Part shown: positions 17,549 to 28,030 of the stretch, piece by piece | How positions within the stretch are numbered: the stretch's first letter is position 1 | How the letters are laid out: every line of letters starts with the position of its first letter | Assembly: GCA_040393085.1 (NCBI GenBank) | Contig: JBEBUV010000018.1 | Location: 7,933 to 71,932 of the forward strand | Reading direction: 5' to 3' | Length of the DNA: 64,000 bases | Source of the DNA: Pedobacter hiemivivus | Lineage (GTDB): Bacteria > Bacteroidota > Bacteroidia > Sphingobacteriales > Sphingobacteriaceae | Notes under the pieces: generated by a model | What the model was told of the DNA's origin: nothing | Database searches by the model: none | The model's input: only the letters and a program-made list of their open reading frames with translations | Translations under genes and position numbers: made by a program

Positions 17549-18895
17549 ATGAACTTATCTTCACTCCAAGCCATATCTCCAATTGATGGCCGCTATAGAA
17601 ATACAACAAAGGACCTCTCTAAGTATTTTTCAGAATATGCCTTAATCAAGTATAGAGTCTATGTAGAAATTGAATATTTCATTTCACTATGTGAAGCAGG
17701 CCTACCTGGACTAGAGACTTTTGATAAAGCAAACTATCCGAAACTGCGACTGATTCATGAGCAATTTAATGATGAACATGCACAGGAAGTTAAAGACACT
17801 GAAAAAGTAACTAATCACGATGTTAAAGCAGTTGAATACTTTATCAAAAAACAATTCGACAAGCTTGGACTGGAAAGCTATAAAGAGTTTATTCATTTTG
17901 GCTTAACTTCACAAGACATTAACAATACGGCCATCCCTTTCACCTTTAAACTGGCCCTAAATGAAGTTTACTACCCTAACATTTTAGAATTAGTCAGCAA
18001 AATAAAGAGCTTAGCCAATGAGTGGAAAGATGTGCCTCTACTTGCACATACTCATGGGCAACCAGCTTCACCTACCAAACTAGGTAAAGAGTTTCTGGTA
18101 TTTGCAGAGCGACTGGAAATTCAGGTGAACAACCTAAAAAACATCCCTAACAGTGCTAAATTTGGCGGTGCTACCGGAAACTTTAATGCCCACCATATCG
18201 CTTATCCTAATATTGATTGGGTAGACTTCTCAAATCATTTTGTAAATGAAGCTTTAGGATTAACCCGTGCTCAGTATACCACTCAAATTGAACATTATGA
18301 TCAGTTTGCTGCACAATGTGATGCATTGAAACGGATTAACAATATCATTATCGATCTTGACAGAGACATCTGGGCTTATATTTCTAAAAACTATTTCAAG
18401 CAAAAAATTAAAGAAGGCGAAGTAGGCTCTTCTGCCATGCCTCATAAAGTTAACCCGATTGATTTTGAAAATGCTGAAGGTAATGCTGGTATTGCAAATG
18501 CAATGTTTGAATTCTTTGCCGCAAAACTTCCTATTTCAAGACTACAAAGAGACTTAACAGATTCTACAGTACTTAGAAATGTAGGTGTACCTATGTCACA
18601 TACTATTATCGCTATTTCATCTACTTTAAAAGGCCTGAATAAAATTTTGTTAAACAATGAAGCAATCTCTGCAGATTTAGAAAACAATTGGGCTGTAGTT
18701 GCAGAAGCAATTCAAACTGTATTAAGAAGAGAGGCCTACCCTAATCCATATGAGGCATTGAAAGACCTTACACGCACTAATCAAAAGATAACAGCAGTTA
18801 CAATGGCCAATTTTATTGATGGCTTAGATGTAAGCGAAGCTTTAAAAGTAGAACTGAAACAGATCACTCCTTTTAACTACACAGGAGTCTTTTAA
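17549..18895 (+). CDS. purB: Adenylosuccinate lyase
   Basis: AISPIDGRY, TNHDVKAVEY, HFGLTSQDINN, THGQPASPT, GSSAMPHKVNPIDFENAEGN. Confidence 0.97.
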   Translation: MNLSSLQAISPIDGRYRNTTKDLSKYFSEYALIKYRVYVEIEYFISLCEAGLPGLETFDKANYPKLRLIHEQFNDEHAQEVKDTEKVTNHDVKAVEYFIKKQFDKLGLESYKEFIHFGLTSQDINNTAIPFTFKLALNEVYYPNILELVSKIKSLANEWKDVPLLAHTHGQPASPTKLGKEFLVFAERLEIQVNNLKNIPNSAKFGGATGNFNAHHIAYPNIDWVDFSNHFVNEALGLTRAQYTTQIEHYDQFAAQCDALKRINNIIIDLDRDIWAYISKNYFKQKIKEGEVGSSAMPHKVNPIDFENAEGNAGIANAMFEFFAAKLPISRLQRDLTDSTVLRNVGVPMSHTIIAISSTLKGLNKILLNNEAISADLENNWAVVAEAIQTVLRREAYPNPYEALKDLTRTNQKITAVTMANFIDGLDVSEALKVELKQITPFNYTGVF

Positions 18896-18985
18896 TCAGA
18901 CTATAAGATATAATGACCTAAAACAGACACCCAGGCCTGCAATTGCAGCAATGAATTATCTATTTTTGTATAAAATATTAAGACA

Positions 18986-19537
18986 ATGACTATCAACGTA
19001 TATACAGAACAAACACCAAATCCTGCTACAATGAAATTCATGGTCAATAAATTATTGATCAATGGCAGTGAAGATTTTGCAACTAAAGAAAGTGCAGAGC
19101 ATTCTCCGTTTGCTAAGGAACTGTTTAAGTTCAACTTTGTTAACGGCGTATTTTTCGCTAGTAACTTTGTTACTATCACTAAAACTGAAGATGCAGAATG
19201 GCCAGATATCGAACCTATTTTAAAAGAGTTTGTTAAGGGGGCGGTTGAATCTGAATATAAAATTAAAGAAAATACGACAGACGAAGCTCCAGCATTTGAA
19301 GGAACTGACCTTGAAATTAAGATACAGCAAATCCTACACGATTATGTTCGCCCTGCGGTTGAACAGGATGGCGGTGCTATTAGTTACAAGTCGTTCGATG
19401 AAGGTGTGGTTACCGTAGAGCTTAGAGGTTCTTGCAGTGGCTGTCCATCTTCTACCATCACTTTAAAATCAGGTATCCAGAACTTATTGCAACGTATGGT
19501 TCCTGAGGTCAAAGAAGTAGTATCAGAAGCTTTGTAA
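18986..19537 (+). CDS. nfuA: NifU/Nfu Fe-S scaffold (Nfu_N + NifU C-terminal CxxC)
   Basis: EQTPNPATMKF, VRPAVEQDGGAI, GSCSGCPSSTITLKSGI; TATTTTTG -7 element at 18961-18968. Confidence 0.9.
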   Translation: MTINVYTEQTPNPATMKFMVNKLLINGSEDFATKESAEHSPFAKELFKFNFVNGVFFASNFVTITKTEDAEWPDIEPILKEFVKGAVESEYKIKENTTDEAPAFEGTDLEIKIQQILHDYVRPAVEQDGGAISYKSFDEGVVTVELRGSCSGCPSSTITLKSGIQNLLQRMVPEVKEVVSEAL

Positions 19538-19556
19538 AAAAATTATCGGTTATTCG

Positions 19557-19603
19557 ATATACAAAAAGAGGGGATTCATAATGAATCCCCTCTTTTTGTA
19601 TAT
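19557..19603. terminator. Bidirectional terminator (perfect 23-bp arms) between convergent nfuA and suhB
   Basis: ATATACAAAAAGAGGGGATTCAT-A-ATGAATCCCCTCTTTTTGTATAT. Confidence 0.85.
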
Positions 19604-19624
19604 GATCGTTTAAAAATCAGTTAT

Positions 19625-20416
19625 CTATAAAAAATGCTCATCCATTAATACTAAGATCTCATCAGTAACTCTCCCATTGGTCGCTAAAATCTCTCTTTTT
19701 TCGATAAACTCACTTTCTCCACTGAAAGTCATGATTTCACCCCCAGCCTGCTGTACAAGGTACGCACCAGCAGCAACGTCCCATGCATTAAGGTTATACT
19801 CAAAGTAAGCATCAAAACGTCCACAGGCCACGTAAGCAAGATCTACAGCAGCAGAGCCGATTCTTCTTAAACCACGGCAACTACGCATCATTTCAGTAAA
19901 CAATTTTATATATTGTTCTTGTTTGTCGAAATCGTAATAAGGAAAGCCTGTAGCCAGTAAACAATCGGCAAGCTCAGTTCGTTGAGAAACACTAATAGGT
20001 TTATTATTTAAAAAAGCTCCTCCACCTTTAAAGGTGGAAAACATTTCGCCTCTATTGATTTCATAAACGACACCAATTACGGGCTTATTTTCTTCATACA
20101 AAGCAATACTTATAGAATAAGTGGGCACACCATGAATAAAATTGGTTGTCCCATCCAGCGGATCTATAATCCAGTTAAAAACCTTTCCTTTTCTGTTAAT
20201 CGTCTTCTCCTCGGTCGTAAAGCCAGCTTCAGGAAGAATTTTAGAAAGGTTTCTGACCAATTGCCGCTCAGCAGTCTTATCTACGTAAGACACCAGGTCA
20301 TTCAATCCTTTGAACTCTACAGCATCAGGATCAAAGTTCATAGATTCCTTTCTTATAAAGTTACCCGTTAGTCGGGCTATTGCAACAACCTTGGAACACA
20401 ATATTTCGTAATTCAA
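19625..20416 (-). CDS. suhB: Inositol monophosphatase family protein (SuhB-like)
   Basis: DLVSYVD, WIIDPLDGTTNF, RRIGSAAVDLAYVACGRFDAY, WDVAAG. Confidence 0.9.
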   Translation of the reverse strand: MNYEILCSKVVAIARLTGNFIRKESMNFDPDAVEFKGLNDLVSYVDKTAERQLVRNLSKILPEAGFTTEEKTINRKGKVFNWIIDPLDGTTNFIHGVPTYSISIALYEENKPVIGVVYEINRGEMFSTFKGGGAFLNNKPISVSQRTELADCLLATGFPYYDFDKQEQYIKLFTEMMRSCRGLRRIGSAAVDLAYVACGRFDAYFEYNLNAWDVAAGAYLVQQAGGEIMTFSGESEFIEKREILATNGRVTDEILVLMDEHFL

Positions 20417-20427
20417 ATCCAGCAGGT

Positions 20428-21582
20428 TTAGTAGTGGGCTAATTTTTCTTTATTTCTTACCGAATAAAGCACAAGAAGCAAGCCAGACAAGAACATTAAA
20501 CATGAAATTAGTTCGGCTTGTGTAAATTGTATTCCGGAAACATTATACTTTGTATTTACCCTGATCAATTCGATAAAGAAACGTTCTACACCATTCATCA
20601 TTAAGTAAATTCCAAACATCATTCCAGGTAATTTGATACGATCACGAATTGTCCATAAAATCATGAACAGACCGAAACAAACTATTACTTCATAAAGTGG
20701 TGTTGGATAAGCGGGGAGTGCGAGCTCATTACAAAATTTACCAACACATCCCGGAATTGGAACACCTTCATTGGCAACATTATTTGGGTATTTATAAGCC
20801 CATAACCAATCTGGAAGCCATGAAAAAGGCTTAGGGTTTAAATTTGTAATACCCCAATCTCCATCACCCGACATGTGACAACCAATACGACCTACACTAT
20901 AAGCAAGCATCATACCTGGTCCGCCAATATCTAACATATGTAAAGGCTTGATACCATTTTTACGCGCAATATACAATACCGCAGCACCTCCACAGATCAA
21001 TCCACCGTAAAAAGTTAATCCACTAAATGAAAGAAGACCACCTATTGGATCTGCAACAAAAGTATCCCAATGCTCCAGATTATCAAATATCTTAGCCCCT
21101 AAAAAGCCCCAGACAGCAGCCCATACAATTAGGTTACCCATCAGCTCATGTGGATGTTGAGTAACTTCAACAGTCTTAGGTTTATCGAGTTTTACTTTAT
21201 TTTTTTCTTGATAATCCCAATAAGCAAACAGACCCGCAAAAAACAAACCTCCTAAAATACTTCCTTGAGTAGACAATAGAACGACTTGCGCATCGGCTAC
21301 AAAAAGTTTATAATTTAACAGGGCATAAACAAGCTTATAACCAATAAGAAAACCAAAAACAGCATTCGAAGCTAATTCAACTATGCTTGCAGGTTTACCT
21401 ATGGTAATCAGTTTCTTCACCGGGTGAAGAATTCCCAGTGCTTCTTTTCTTTTAAATTCTTTGGTAAAAGCCCAATAACCGGCAACAAATGCCAGGGCTA
21501 CGAAAACACCAAATGTATTAAATGGTAGCGGAACTTGTACGCCAAAGAGGTATTCTATGAAATGAGATACGGTTGGAAACAT
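20428..21582 (-). CDS. lgt: Prolipoprotein diacylglyceryl transferase family protein (long Bacteroidota form)
   Basis: GFLGAKIF, LTFYGGL, GRIGCH, YPTPLYE, RFFIELIRVN; polytopic. Confidence 0.82.
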   Translation of the reverse strand: MFPTVSHFIEYLFGVQVPLPFNTFGVFVALAFVAGYWAFTKEFKRKEALGILHPVKKLITIGKPASIVELASNAVFGFLIGYKLVYALLNYKLFVADAQVVLLSTQGSILGGLFFAGLFAYWDYQEKNKVKLDKPKTVEVTQHPHELMGNLIVWAAVWGFLGAKIFDNLEHWDTFVADPIGGLLSFSGLTFYGGLICGGAAVLYIARKNGIKPLHMLDIGGPGMMLAYSVGRIGCHMSGDGDWGITNLNPKPFSWLPDWLWAYKYPNNVANEGVPIPGCVGKFCNELALPAYPTPLYEVIVCFGLFMILWTIRDRIKLPGMMFGIYLMMNGVERFFIELIRVNTKYNVSGIQFTQAELISCLMFLSGLLLVLYSVRNKEKLAHY

Positions 21583-21613
21583 AAATTAAAAAAAGTTTTA
21601 TGCGAATATAGGA

Positions 21614-22933
21614 TTAATGCGCTAATACTTCTTGTGTTTCTGCAACTTCTACCTCACCATCGGCAGTAAGTTCAACCAGTTTTACTGTTTTTATTTCATT
21701 CACCATCACAGGATCGTATTTTGCTTTAACTTTTACATAGTTCTTTGTAAAGCCATGCATGAATCCATTCTTTTGATCATCTTCAAAAAGAACTTCCCCA
21801 ATACTACCAATTTGCGACTGATAAAAAGCTCTACGTTTTTTATCCGATAAGATATGAAGCATTTTACTCCGATCAGCACGAGTACTTCCTGCAACACTTC
21901 CTTTCATTACTGCAGCCTCAGTTTGCTCTCTTTCCGAATAAGTAAATACGTGTAAATAGGAAACATCCAGTTCATTTAAAAACTGATAAGTGTCTAAAAA
22001 GTCTTCATGTGTTTCGCCAGGGAAGCCAACGATCACATCAACACCAATACAGCAGTTTGGCATCACCTCTTTTATTTTGGCTACGCGTTCTGTATATAAG
22101 TCTCTTCTGTAACGCCTCTTCATTAGTCCCAATATTTTATCGGAACCAGATTGCAATGGAATATGGAAATGTGGGACAAATCTTTTTGAACCTGCAACAA
22201 ACTCAATGATTTCATTACTTAAAAGATTAGGTTCTATAGAAGAAATTCTAATCCTCTCAATACCCTCAACCTCATCAAGCGCTTTTACAAGATCAAAGAA
22301 TTTATCTTCCCGTTCTCCGTTTCTGATCCCAAAATCGCCCAGGTTTACCCCAGTTAAAACGATTTCTTTAACACCACTCTCAGCAATCTGTTGCGCACGA
22401 TTAACCACATTTTCTATGGTATCACTTCTGCTACCACCACGAGCTAAAGGAATGGTACAATAAGTACAAGGATAATCACAACCATCCTGCACCTTTAAAA
22501 AAGTACGGGTACGGTCGCCTATAGAATAAGCAGCAATAAAATTGTGATTTACTTTTTCAATATTTTGTTGATGAATAATTGCTTTCGGCTGTTTGGTTAA
22601 ATCTGAAATAAATTCAACGATTCTAAATTTCTCTGCAGCACCCAGAACCATATCTACCCCTTCAATCTCTGCAATTTCTACAGGTTTCAACTGAGCATAA
22701 CATCCCACAATGGTAATGTAAGCATGGGGAGCATATTTTAAGGCTTCCTTAACCACTTTACGGCATTTTTTATCTGCATGCTCTGTCACAGAACAGGTAT
22801 TGATTACATATACATCTGCCCCATCAGTAAAATCCACTACAGCATAACCTGCATCGGTAAATAATCGACCAATTGTTGATGTTTCAGAGAAATTCAACTT
22901 ACAGCCTAATGTATAAAATGCAACTTTCTTCAT
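21614..22933 (-). CDS. mtaB: tRNA t6A37 methylthiotransferase (radical SAM)
   Basis: TLGCKLNFSET, INTCSVT, LKVQDGCDYPCTYC, RIRISSIEP, DVIVGFPGET; TACCTTTG -7 element at 22964-22957. Confidence 0.93.
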   Translation of the reverse strand: MKKVAFYTLGCKLNFSETSTIGRLFTDAGYAVVDFTDGADVYVINTCSVTEHADKKCRKVVKEALKYAPHAYITIVGCYAQLKPVEIAEIEGVDMVLGAAEKFRIVEFISDLTKQPKAIIHQQNIEKVNHNFIAAYSIGDRTRTFLKVQDGCDYPCTYCTIPLARGGSRSDTIENVVNRAQQIAESGVKEIVLTGVNLGDFGIRNGEREDKFFDLVKALDEVEGIERIRISSIEPNLLSNEIIEFVAGSKRFVPHFHIPLQSGSDKILGLMKRRYRRDLYTERVAKIKEVMPNCCIGVDVIVGFPGETHEDFLDTYQFLNELDVSYLHVFTYSEREQTEAAVMKGSVAGSTRADRSKMLHILSDKKRRAFYQSQIGSIGEVLFEDDQKNGFMHGFTKNYVKVKAKYDPVMVNEIKTVKLVELTADGEVEVAETQEVLAH

Positions 22934-22978
22934 TAACCAGACATTCTAATATTTTGCAAAGGTAAGGTTTTAGATGAC

Positions 22979-23548
22979 TTATTCCTCATTCCAGCGGTAA
23001 CTATCCTGCTCAAAACCGACCAGGTCTATTACTCTGCTTACTACTGTTTGTGCTACCTCTTCTATTGTTTTAGGAAGACTGTAAAATGATGGATTTGCCG
23101 GACAGATAATTCCTCCTGCTTCGGCTACAATCTTCATATTATTGAGGTGTATAAGGCTAAAAGGCGTATCTCTAACAACTGCAATCAATTTTCTACGTTC
23201 TTTAAGTACCACATCTGCAGCTCTGGAAATTAGGTCATTGGAGATACCATGCGCGATTCTACCAAGCGTCCCCATAGAGCAGGGAATAATAATCATGGTG
23301 TCATATTTTGCAGAGCCTGAAGCAAAAGGTGCATTAAAATCCATTTTTGGATAAAAAGTGAAAGGATATTGATCATAATCTTCATTATCCAATTCAAAGC
23401 GCCAGACTTCTTTTGCATTGTCTGACATCACCACTCCTACCTTTTCAATCTGATCAGAAAGCTTCAATAAACTATCTAACAACAACTTAGCATAAACAGA
23501 CCCACTAGCTCCGGTAACGGCAACGATCACTTTTTTTTTCTTACTCAT
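22979..23548 (-). CDS. ubiX: UbiX family flavin prenyltransferase
   Basis: VAVTGASGSVY, APFASGS, PCSMGTLGRIAHG, RAADVVLKERR, RDTPFS; start trimmed to MSKKKK (ATG at 23548). Confidence 0.92.
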   Translation of the reverse strand: MSKKKKVIVAVTGASGSVYAKLLLDSLLKLSDQIEKVGVVMSDNAKEVWRFELDNEDYDQYPFTFYPKMDFNAPFASGSAKYDTMIIIPCSMGTLGRIAHGISNDLISRAADVVLKERRKLIAVVRDTPFSLIHLNNMKIVAEAGGIICPANPSFYSLPKTIEEVAQTVVSRVIDLVGFEQDSYRWNEE

Positions 23549-24016
23549 AGCAGGAGTAAAGATACGGAAGCAGCTTAAACAAAAAAGGGCCGAAAAATTA
23601 ATTTCGACCCTACATCTACCTATGAAAAACATACCCTCGAAAGGGTAAGCCCAAATGTAACTATCTTTTTTAATAAATAAAAGTTTAAACATACTTTTTT
23701 TAACTCCTTTACCTCTTAGTATAATTTGGGGGTTTAATAACGAAAGTTGCATACAAATTCAATACTTACCCGGTCAATTTCAATTGTCAAAAAAATCACT
23801 AAAAAACCAAATAATTAAGCGATATTGGCATAATATATAGCGTAAATGACATATGTCATGTACATATAAAATATTTTTAATATATTCAATATTGTAAATA
23901 TCGAACCAGATGTTATGAACCAGATATACTTAAAATAATTATTAACACATTAGGGAATAATCATTTTAATCACAAAACACTCCCGCCTAAATATTAAAAA
24001 AAATAAAATTGGACAA

Positions 24017-24886
24017 ATGAAACCTCAATTGCTAAAAGTTTCTAATAATCTCGTTAACTCTTTCAGTGCAAGAAGAGATAACGTACCTTATATTAATAAT
24101 CGATGGCATTACCACGCTGAAGTAGAGCTAATCTACTTTAAAAAGGGAAATGGGACTCAATTTATTGGCGATAGCATTAAAAGATTTAGCTCTGGTGATA
24201 TTGTTTTGGTCGGTGCTCATTTACCACATTATTGGAAGTTCGATGACAACTATTTTAGTGAGGGAGAAGCTGATCATACAGACGTTATTGTCATCCATTT
24301 TTGTGAAAATTTTTGGGGAAATCATTTCCTATCTCTACCAGAAAATAAAGGCATAAAACAGACCTTAGAAAAAGCACAACGCGGTATACAAATTTTAGAT
24401 AAAAGCAGAAAAAATATAGCCGCCCTGATGGAACAAATTCTGGTTTCTTCAGGTACTCAAAGAATCATTTTATTAATGGAAGCTCTATTGGAAATTGAAA
24501 GCAGTGCGAAAGAAAAACAGCTGTCTTCTATGGGGTTTCATAACAACTTTGAGGATTCTGAAAACGACAGAATAAATGCCATTTATAATTATTCTTTAAC
24601 CCACTTTAAAAGGAAAATACAAATGGAAGAGATGGCGGCAGTTGCCAATATCAGTCCCAATTCCTTTTGTCGTTATTTTAAAACAAGAACCAGAAAAACG
24701 TACACCCAATTTATCAGCGAAATACGGGTAGGTCATGCTTGTAAGTTACTCATAGAGGACAGTTTAAATGTAAAGCAAATCTGTTATGAAAGTGGTTTTC
24801 ATAACTTCGCCAGCTTTCATAAACACTTTAAAGTTATAACTGGCCAAAGCCCCCTATCCTATCAAAAATCTTTCCTCCTTAAATAA
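24017..24886 (+). CDS. AraC family transcriptional regulator (cupin + HTH)
   Basis: WHYHAEVEL, FIGDSI; C-terminal FCRYFK...RVGHACKLL...CYESGFHNFASFHKHFK. Confidence 0.93.
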   Translation: MKPQLLKVSNNLVNSFSARRDNVPYINNRWHYHAEVELIYFKKGNGTQFIGDSIKRFSSGDIVLVGAHLPHYWKFDDNYFSEGEADHTDVIVIHFCENFWGNHFLSLPENKGIKQTLEKAQRGIQILDKSRKNIAALMEQILVSSGTQRIILLMEALLEIESSAKEKQLSSMGFHNNFEDSENDRINAIYNYSLTHFKRKIQMEEMAAVANISPNSFCRYFKTRTRKTYTQFISEIRVGHACKLLIEDSLNVKQICYESGFHNFASFHKHFKVITGQSPLSYQKSFLLK

Positions 24887-24911
24887 TCCTTTGCAAAAAA
24901 CTCGCTAAAAA

Positions 24912-26798
24912 ATGAGCAAATATCTACTTCCTAAAACATTTATCTCTGTGTTGCTACTCCTTCATTTCAGTAAAGTATCAGCACAGCAAAATGACCAAAT
25001 ATTAAGCCAACAAGTGGCACAAGAAAATCCAGCGCAAAAAGCTAAAAAAATGGAATGGTTTAAAGATGCTAAGCTTGGTGTTTTTATACATTGGGGAATT
25101 TATTCCGTTAACGGAGTGGCAGAATCATGGTCTTTCTTCAACAATTATCTGAATCACGATAATTATATGAAGCAGCTTGAAGGCTTCAATGCAGCAAAAT
25201 ATAATCCGCAGGAATGGGTTAAATTAATCAAAGAAAGTGGTGCAAAATATTCTGTTATTACAAGTAAGCATCATGATGGAATTTCCTTATGGAATACTAA
25301 AGAAAAAAATGCAACAACCACTTTAAAAAATAGTGCAGCAAAGAAAGATCTACTGAGTCCTTTTGTTAAAGAGTTAAAAAAGTCTGGCTTAAAAACAGGT
25401 ATTTATTTCTCACTTCCCGATTGGAGTCATCCAGATTATGATGTTTTTACCCGCGAACGAAAAAGGTATCAACTTGCTGCAGAACCAGCACGCTGGAACA
25501 AATTCATCAACTATTTCCACGGACAACTTGATGAAATTTCAAGCAGTTTTAAACCTGACCTACTATGGTTTGACGGAGATTGGGAACATACAGATGCCGA
25601 ATGGCAAAGCGCCAAGGTATTGAATTCATTAAGGAAACACAACCCAAACATCATCATTAACTCCCGCTTAAATCACCGCGGTGATTACGAGACCCCAGAG
25701 CAGGGTATCCCTGTTTTACAACCAGATAACGAATATTGGGAGTTATGCTATACGATGAATGATTCATGGGGTTACCAACCCTTTGACTTCAAATACAAAT
25801 CACCAAATATGATTATCAGAACTTTGGTAGATTGTATCAGTATGGGCGGAAATTTATTGCTTGATATTGGCCCTAAAGCCGATGGAACCATTCCAGAGGA
25901 ACAGGTAAATATCCTTAAGCACCTGGGCAGATGGACAAATAAACATGCTGAAGCTATTTATGGTACCAGAGCTGGTATTCCGGCATCCCATTTTAGTGGT
26001 AAAACGGCTTTATCGAAAGACAGAAAAACCCTTTATCTATATGCAGACTGGGTAAGCAATGATAAAGACGAATTGTTGTTAAGCGGCATCAAATCGAAAC
26101 CTGTTAATGCAAAGATCGTGGGTACAAAGACGACAGCAAAGATCAGCAAACAAGGAAATGATCTATTACTTAAAATCCCTTCTGCTGCTTCAGATGAAGA
26201 TGTAACCGTAATCGCCATTAAATTCAATGAACCGATTCAGTTAGAGGAAGCTTCAAATCCTGTAATCAGTCTTGAAAACCTTAAAGATAAACGAATTACA
26301 GATCAGTTACTTTTAAAAAGGTTAGCCAATTCTTTACACAAAGGAAATAACCCTTTTATCAACACCGCGCTTGCAGCTGATGGACTAGGACTGGAAAAAG
26401 AGAAAGGTTTTTCTCCAGAATTGTACAACTGGACAGTTAAAAACGCGGAAGCATTATATAAAACTGTACAGGGATTACCTACAGGTCATTATCAGGGAGC
26501 AAGTGCTTTATCGGCCGACAAGCAAACCTTATATCTTTTTGTAGAGGGAACACCAACAGGTCCAATTGCCTTAAAAGGTATCAAAAATAAGATCAGTCGC
26601 ATTAGAATTGTTGGTGAGGGTACTATGATTGAACCGCAGTTCTTTAACAAACTTTATTGGAGTGCAATTCCGGGTATCGCCTATATAGCAATACCGCAAT
26701 CGCGGTTGGATAAAAACCTAACCATAATTGCGGTATTACTGGATGGTCCGATAGACCTGTATCGTGAAAAAGTAGGTGCTATAGAAAATAATCTATAG
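24912..26798 (+). CDS. GH29 alpha-L-fucosidase with a duplicated C-terminal module
   Basis: FIHWG, ITSKHHDG, YFSLPDW, WFDG nucleophile, GGNLLLDIGP; signal peptide. Confidence 0.92.
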   Translation: MSKYLLPKTFISVLLLLHFSKVSAQQNDQILSQQVAQENPAQKAKKMEWFKDAKLGVFIHWGIYSVNGVAESWSFFNNYLNHDNYMKQLEGFNAAKYNPQEWVKLIKESGAKYSVITSKHHDGISLWNTKEKNATTTLKNSAAKKDLLSPFVKELKKSGLKTGIYFSLPDWSHPDYDVFTRERKRYQLAAEPARWNKFINYFHGQLDEISSSFKPDLLWFDGDWEHTDAEWQSAKVLNSLRKHNPNIIINSRLNHRGDYETPEQGIPVLQPDNEYWELCYTMNDSWGYQPFDFKYKSPNMIIRTLVDCISMGGNLLLDIGPKADGTIPEEQVNILKHLGRWTNKHAEAIYGTRAGIPASHFSGKTALSKDRKTLYLYADWVSNDKDELLLSGIKSKPVNAKIVGTKTTAKISKQGNDLLLKIPSAASDEDVTVIAIKFNEPIQLEEASNPVISLENLKDKRITDQLLLKRLANSLHKGNNPFINTALAADGLGLEKEKGFSPELYNWTVKNAEALYKTVQGLPTGHYQGASALSADKQTLYLFVEGTPTGPIALKGIKNKISRIRIVGEGTMIEPQFFNKLYWSAIPGIAYIAIPQSRLDKNLTIIAVLLDGPIDLYREKVGAIENNL

Positions 26799-26822
26799 CA
26801 GCCTTATTAGTTTATAACTGCC

Positions 26823-27932
26823 TTATTTAAGAATTTTCTTAACTGCTTTTTCGTAGGCTTCAGCATAATGTAACATACCGATATCGTTTGGATGTGTACC
26901 ATCTACCATACTCTCGATATCCTGATTGATTTCGGCTTTTGTAAGATGATAAATCTGCTTTACCCCTGCTGCTTTTAATTTTGCAAGCGCTGTATTTAAT
27001 GCCACATTTACACGTTCGTAACTACTTTTACGGGCAGGGTATAAACCGTCGTCGGTATAGCCATCATGCTCAGTAAGCAAGATCGGTACGCCCGGTTTTT
27101 TCTGTTGCAAATGTGCAACGGTAGCTAAAATTCTCTTTACAATCTCGTCATTACTAAAATCTTTTGCCGATGTTAAATTTGGCAAACAATCCAAAACATA
27201 TAAGCTGGCATCAATTTCTGGCAATAACTCATAAACTTCTTTTTCAAGTCGGCCATTACCAGAAAACGCAAGGTTTATAACTGGTTGATCTACTTTTCTG
27301 CTCAATATATTAGTCCATGCTAAACCAGGTCTACTTGCACAAGCACCTTGGGCAATTGAAGTACCATACACTACTATAGGTTTCTTTTTAGATACCGCTA
27401 AAGGTGTAAAGCTATTTTGCTCTGGCACACTAATTTCCATCCATTTTACAGTATTATATAAAGGCAGGTACAAAGTATACTCACGGCTATCATTCCCTAC
27501 TTTACCGATACCAGAAAAATGATACACAATCGTATCTCCAAATGCATATTTCCCAGCAGCCCAATTCCATTGACCATTCTTCTCTTTTGAATATAAATCT
27601 ACACCGCTCACCCCTGTAGACGGCATATGAGGCATTGCTTTTGCTCCTGCTACTACATATTTTACTACAATTTCAGGAGCATCCGATTTAAAACGAATGT
27701 TCAGACCGGCACTATTTTTAGATAAACCCCAAACCGGTTTACGTACCGCAGCTTCAGCTTTGGCAGGCAAACGGTCGTAAAAATCCTGTATTCCGCTGTG
27801 CCAACCTTGTCCGCCAATTACACTTTCCTTGTCATTAGCAGGGTTCCAGGTTTTATAAACCGTTTTTTGCTGTGCGATCGTAACATTTGCACAGAATAAT
27901 AAAGTAAAACTTAATAATAATAATTGTTTCAT
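26823..27932 (-). CDS. Secreted SGNH/GDSL hydrolase with GxDLY N-terminal domain (probable carbohydrate O-acetylesterase)
   Basis: SGVDLY, YGTSIAQG, NLAFSGNG, LDCLPN, DGTHPND; signal peptide. Confidence 0.88.
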   Translation of the reverse strand: MKQLLLLSFTLLFCANVTIAQQKTVYKTWNPANDKESVIGGQGWHSGIQDFYDRLPAKAEAAVRKPVWGLSKNSAGLNIRFKSDAPEIVVKYVVAGAKAMPHMPSTGVSGVDLYSKEKNGQWNWAAGKYAFGDTIVYHFSGIGKVGNDSREYTLYLPLYNTVKWMEISVPEQNSFTPLAVSKKKPIVVYGTSIAQGACASRPGLAWTNILSRKVDQPVINLAFSGNGRLEKEVYELLPEIDASLYVLDCLPNLTSAKDFSNDEIVKRILATVAHLQQKKPGVPILLTEHDGYTDDGLYPARKSSYERVNVALNTALAKLKAAGVKQIYHLTKAEINQDIESMVDGTHPNDIGMLHYAEAYEKAVKKILK

Positions 27933-27978
27933 CTGGTTTTTATTTGTGTATATGGTTAGTTTTTTTCGAATATATAAA

Positions 27979-28006
27979 AAAAGCAGGCTTAAAAAGGCCT
28001 GCTTTT
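27979..28006 (-). terminator. Terminator after kduD
   Basis: AAAAGCAGGC...GCCTGCTTTT hairpin flanked by A/T tracts. Confidence 0.7.
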
Positions 28007-28030
28007 AAATGATATTTAAAATTTAATCTT

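Noticed and set aside
20428-21582. Lgt is longer than E. coli Lgt and has GRIGCH instead of GRLGNF
   Set aside because: Consistent with the long Lgt variant familiar from Bacteroidota; not specific to this window.
23549-23752. 68-aa N-terminal extension of UbiX in the ORF track; similar extensions on scoA, kduI, lacI, lutA, lutC, yiaK, the kinase and the 45957 gene
   Set aside because: Family homology starts at a downstream Met, and for ubiX, yiaK and the 45957 gene a -7 promoter element lies inside the extension.
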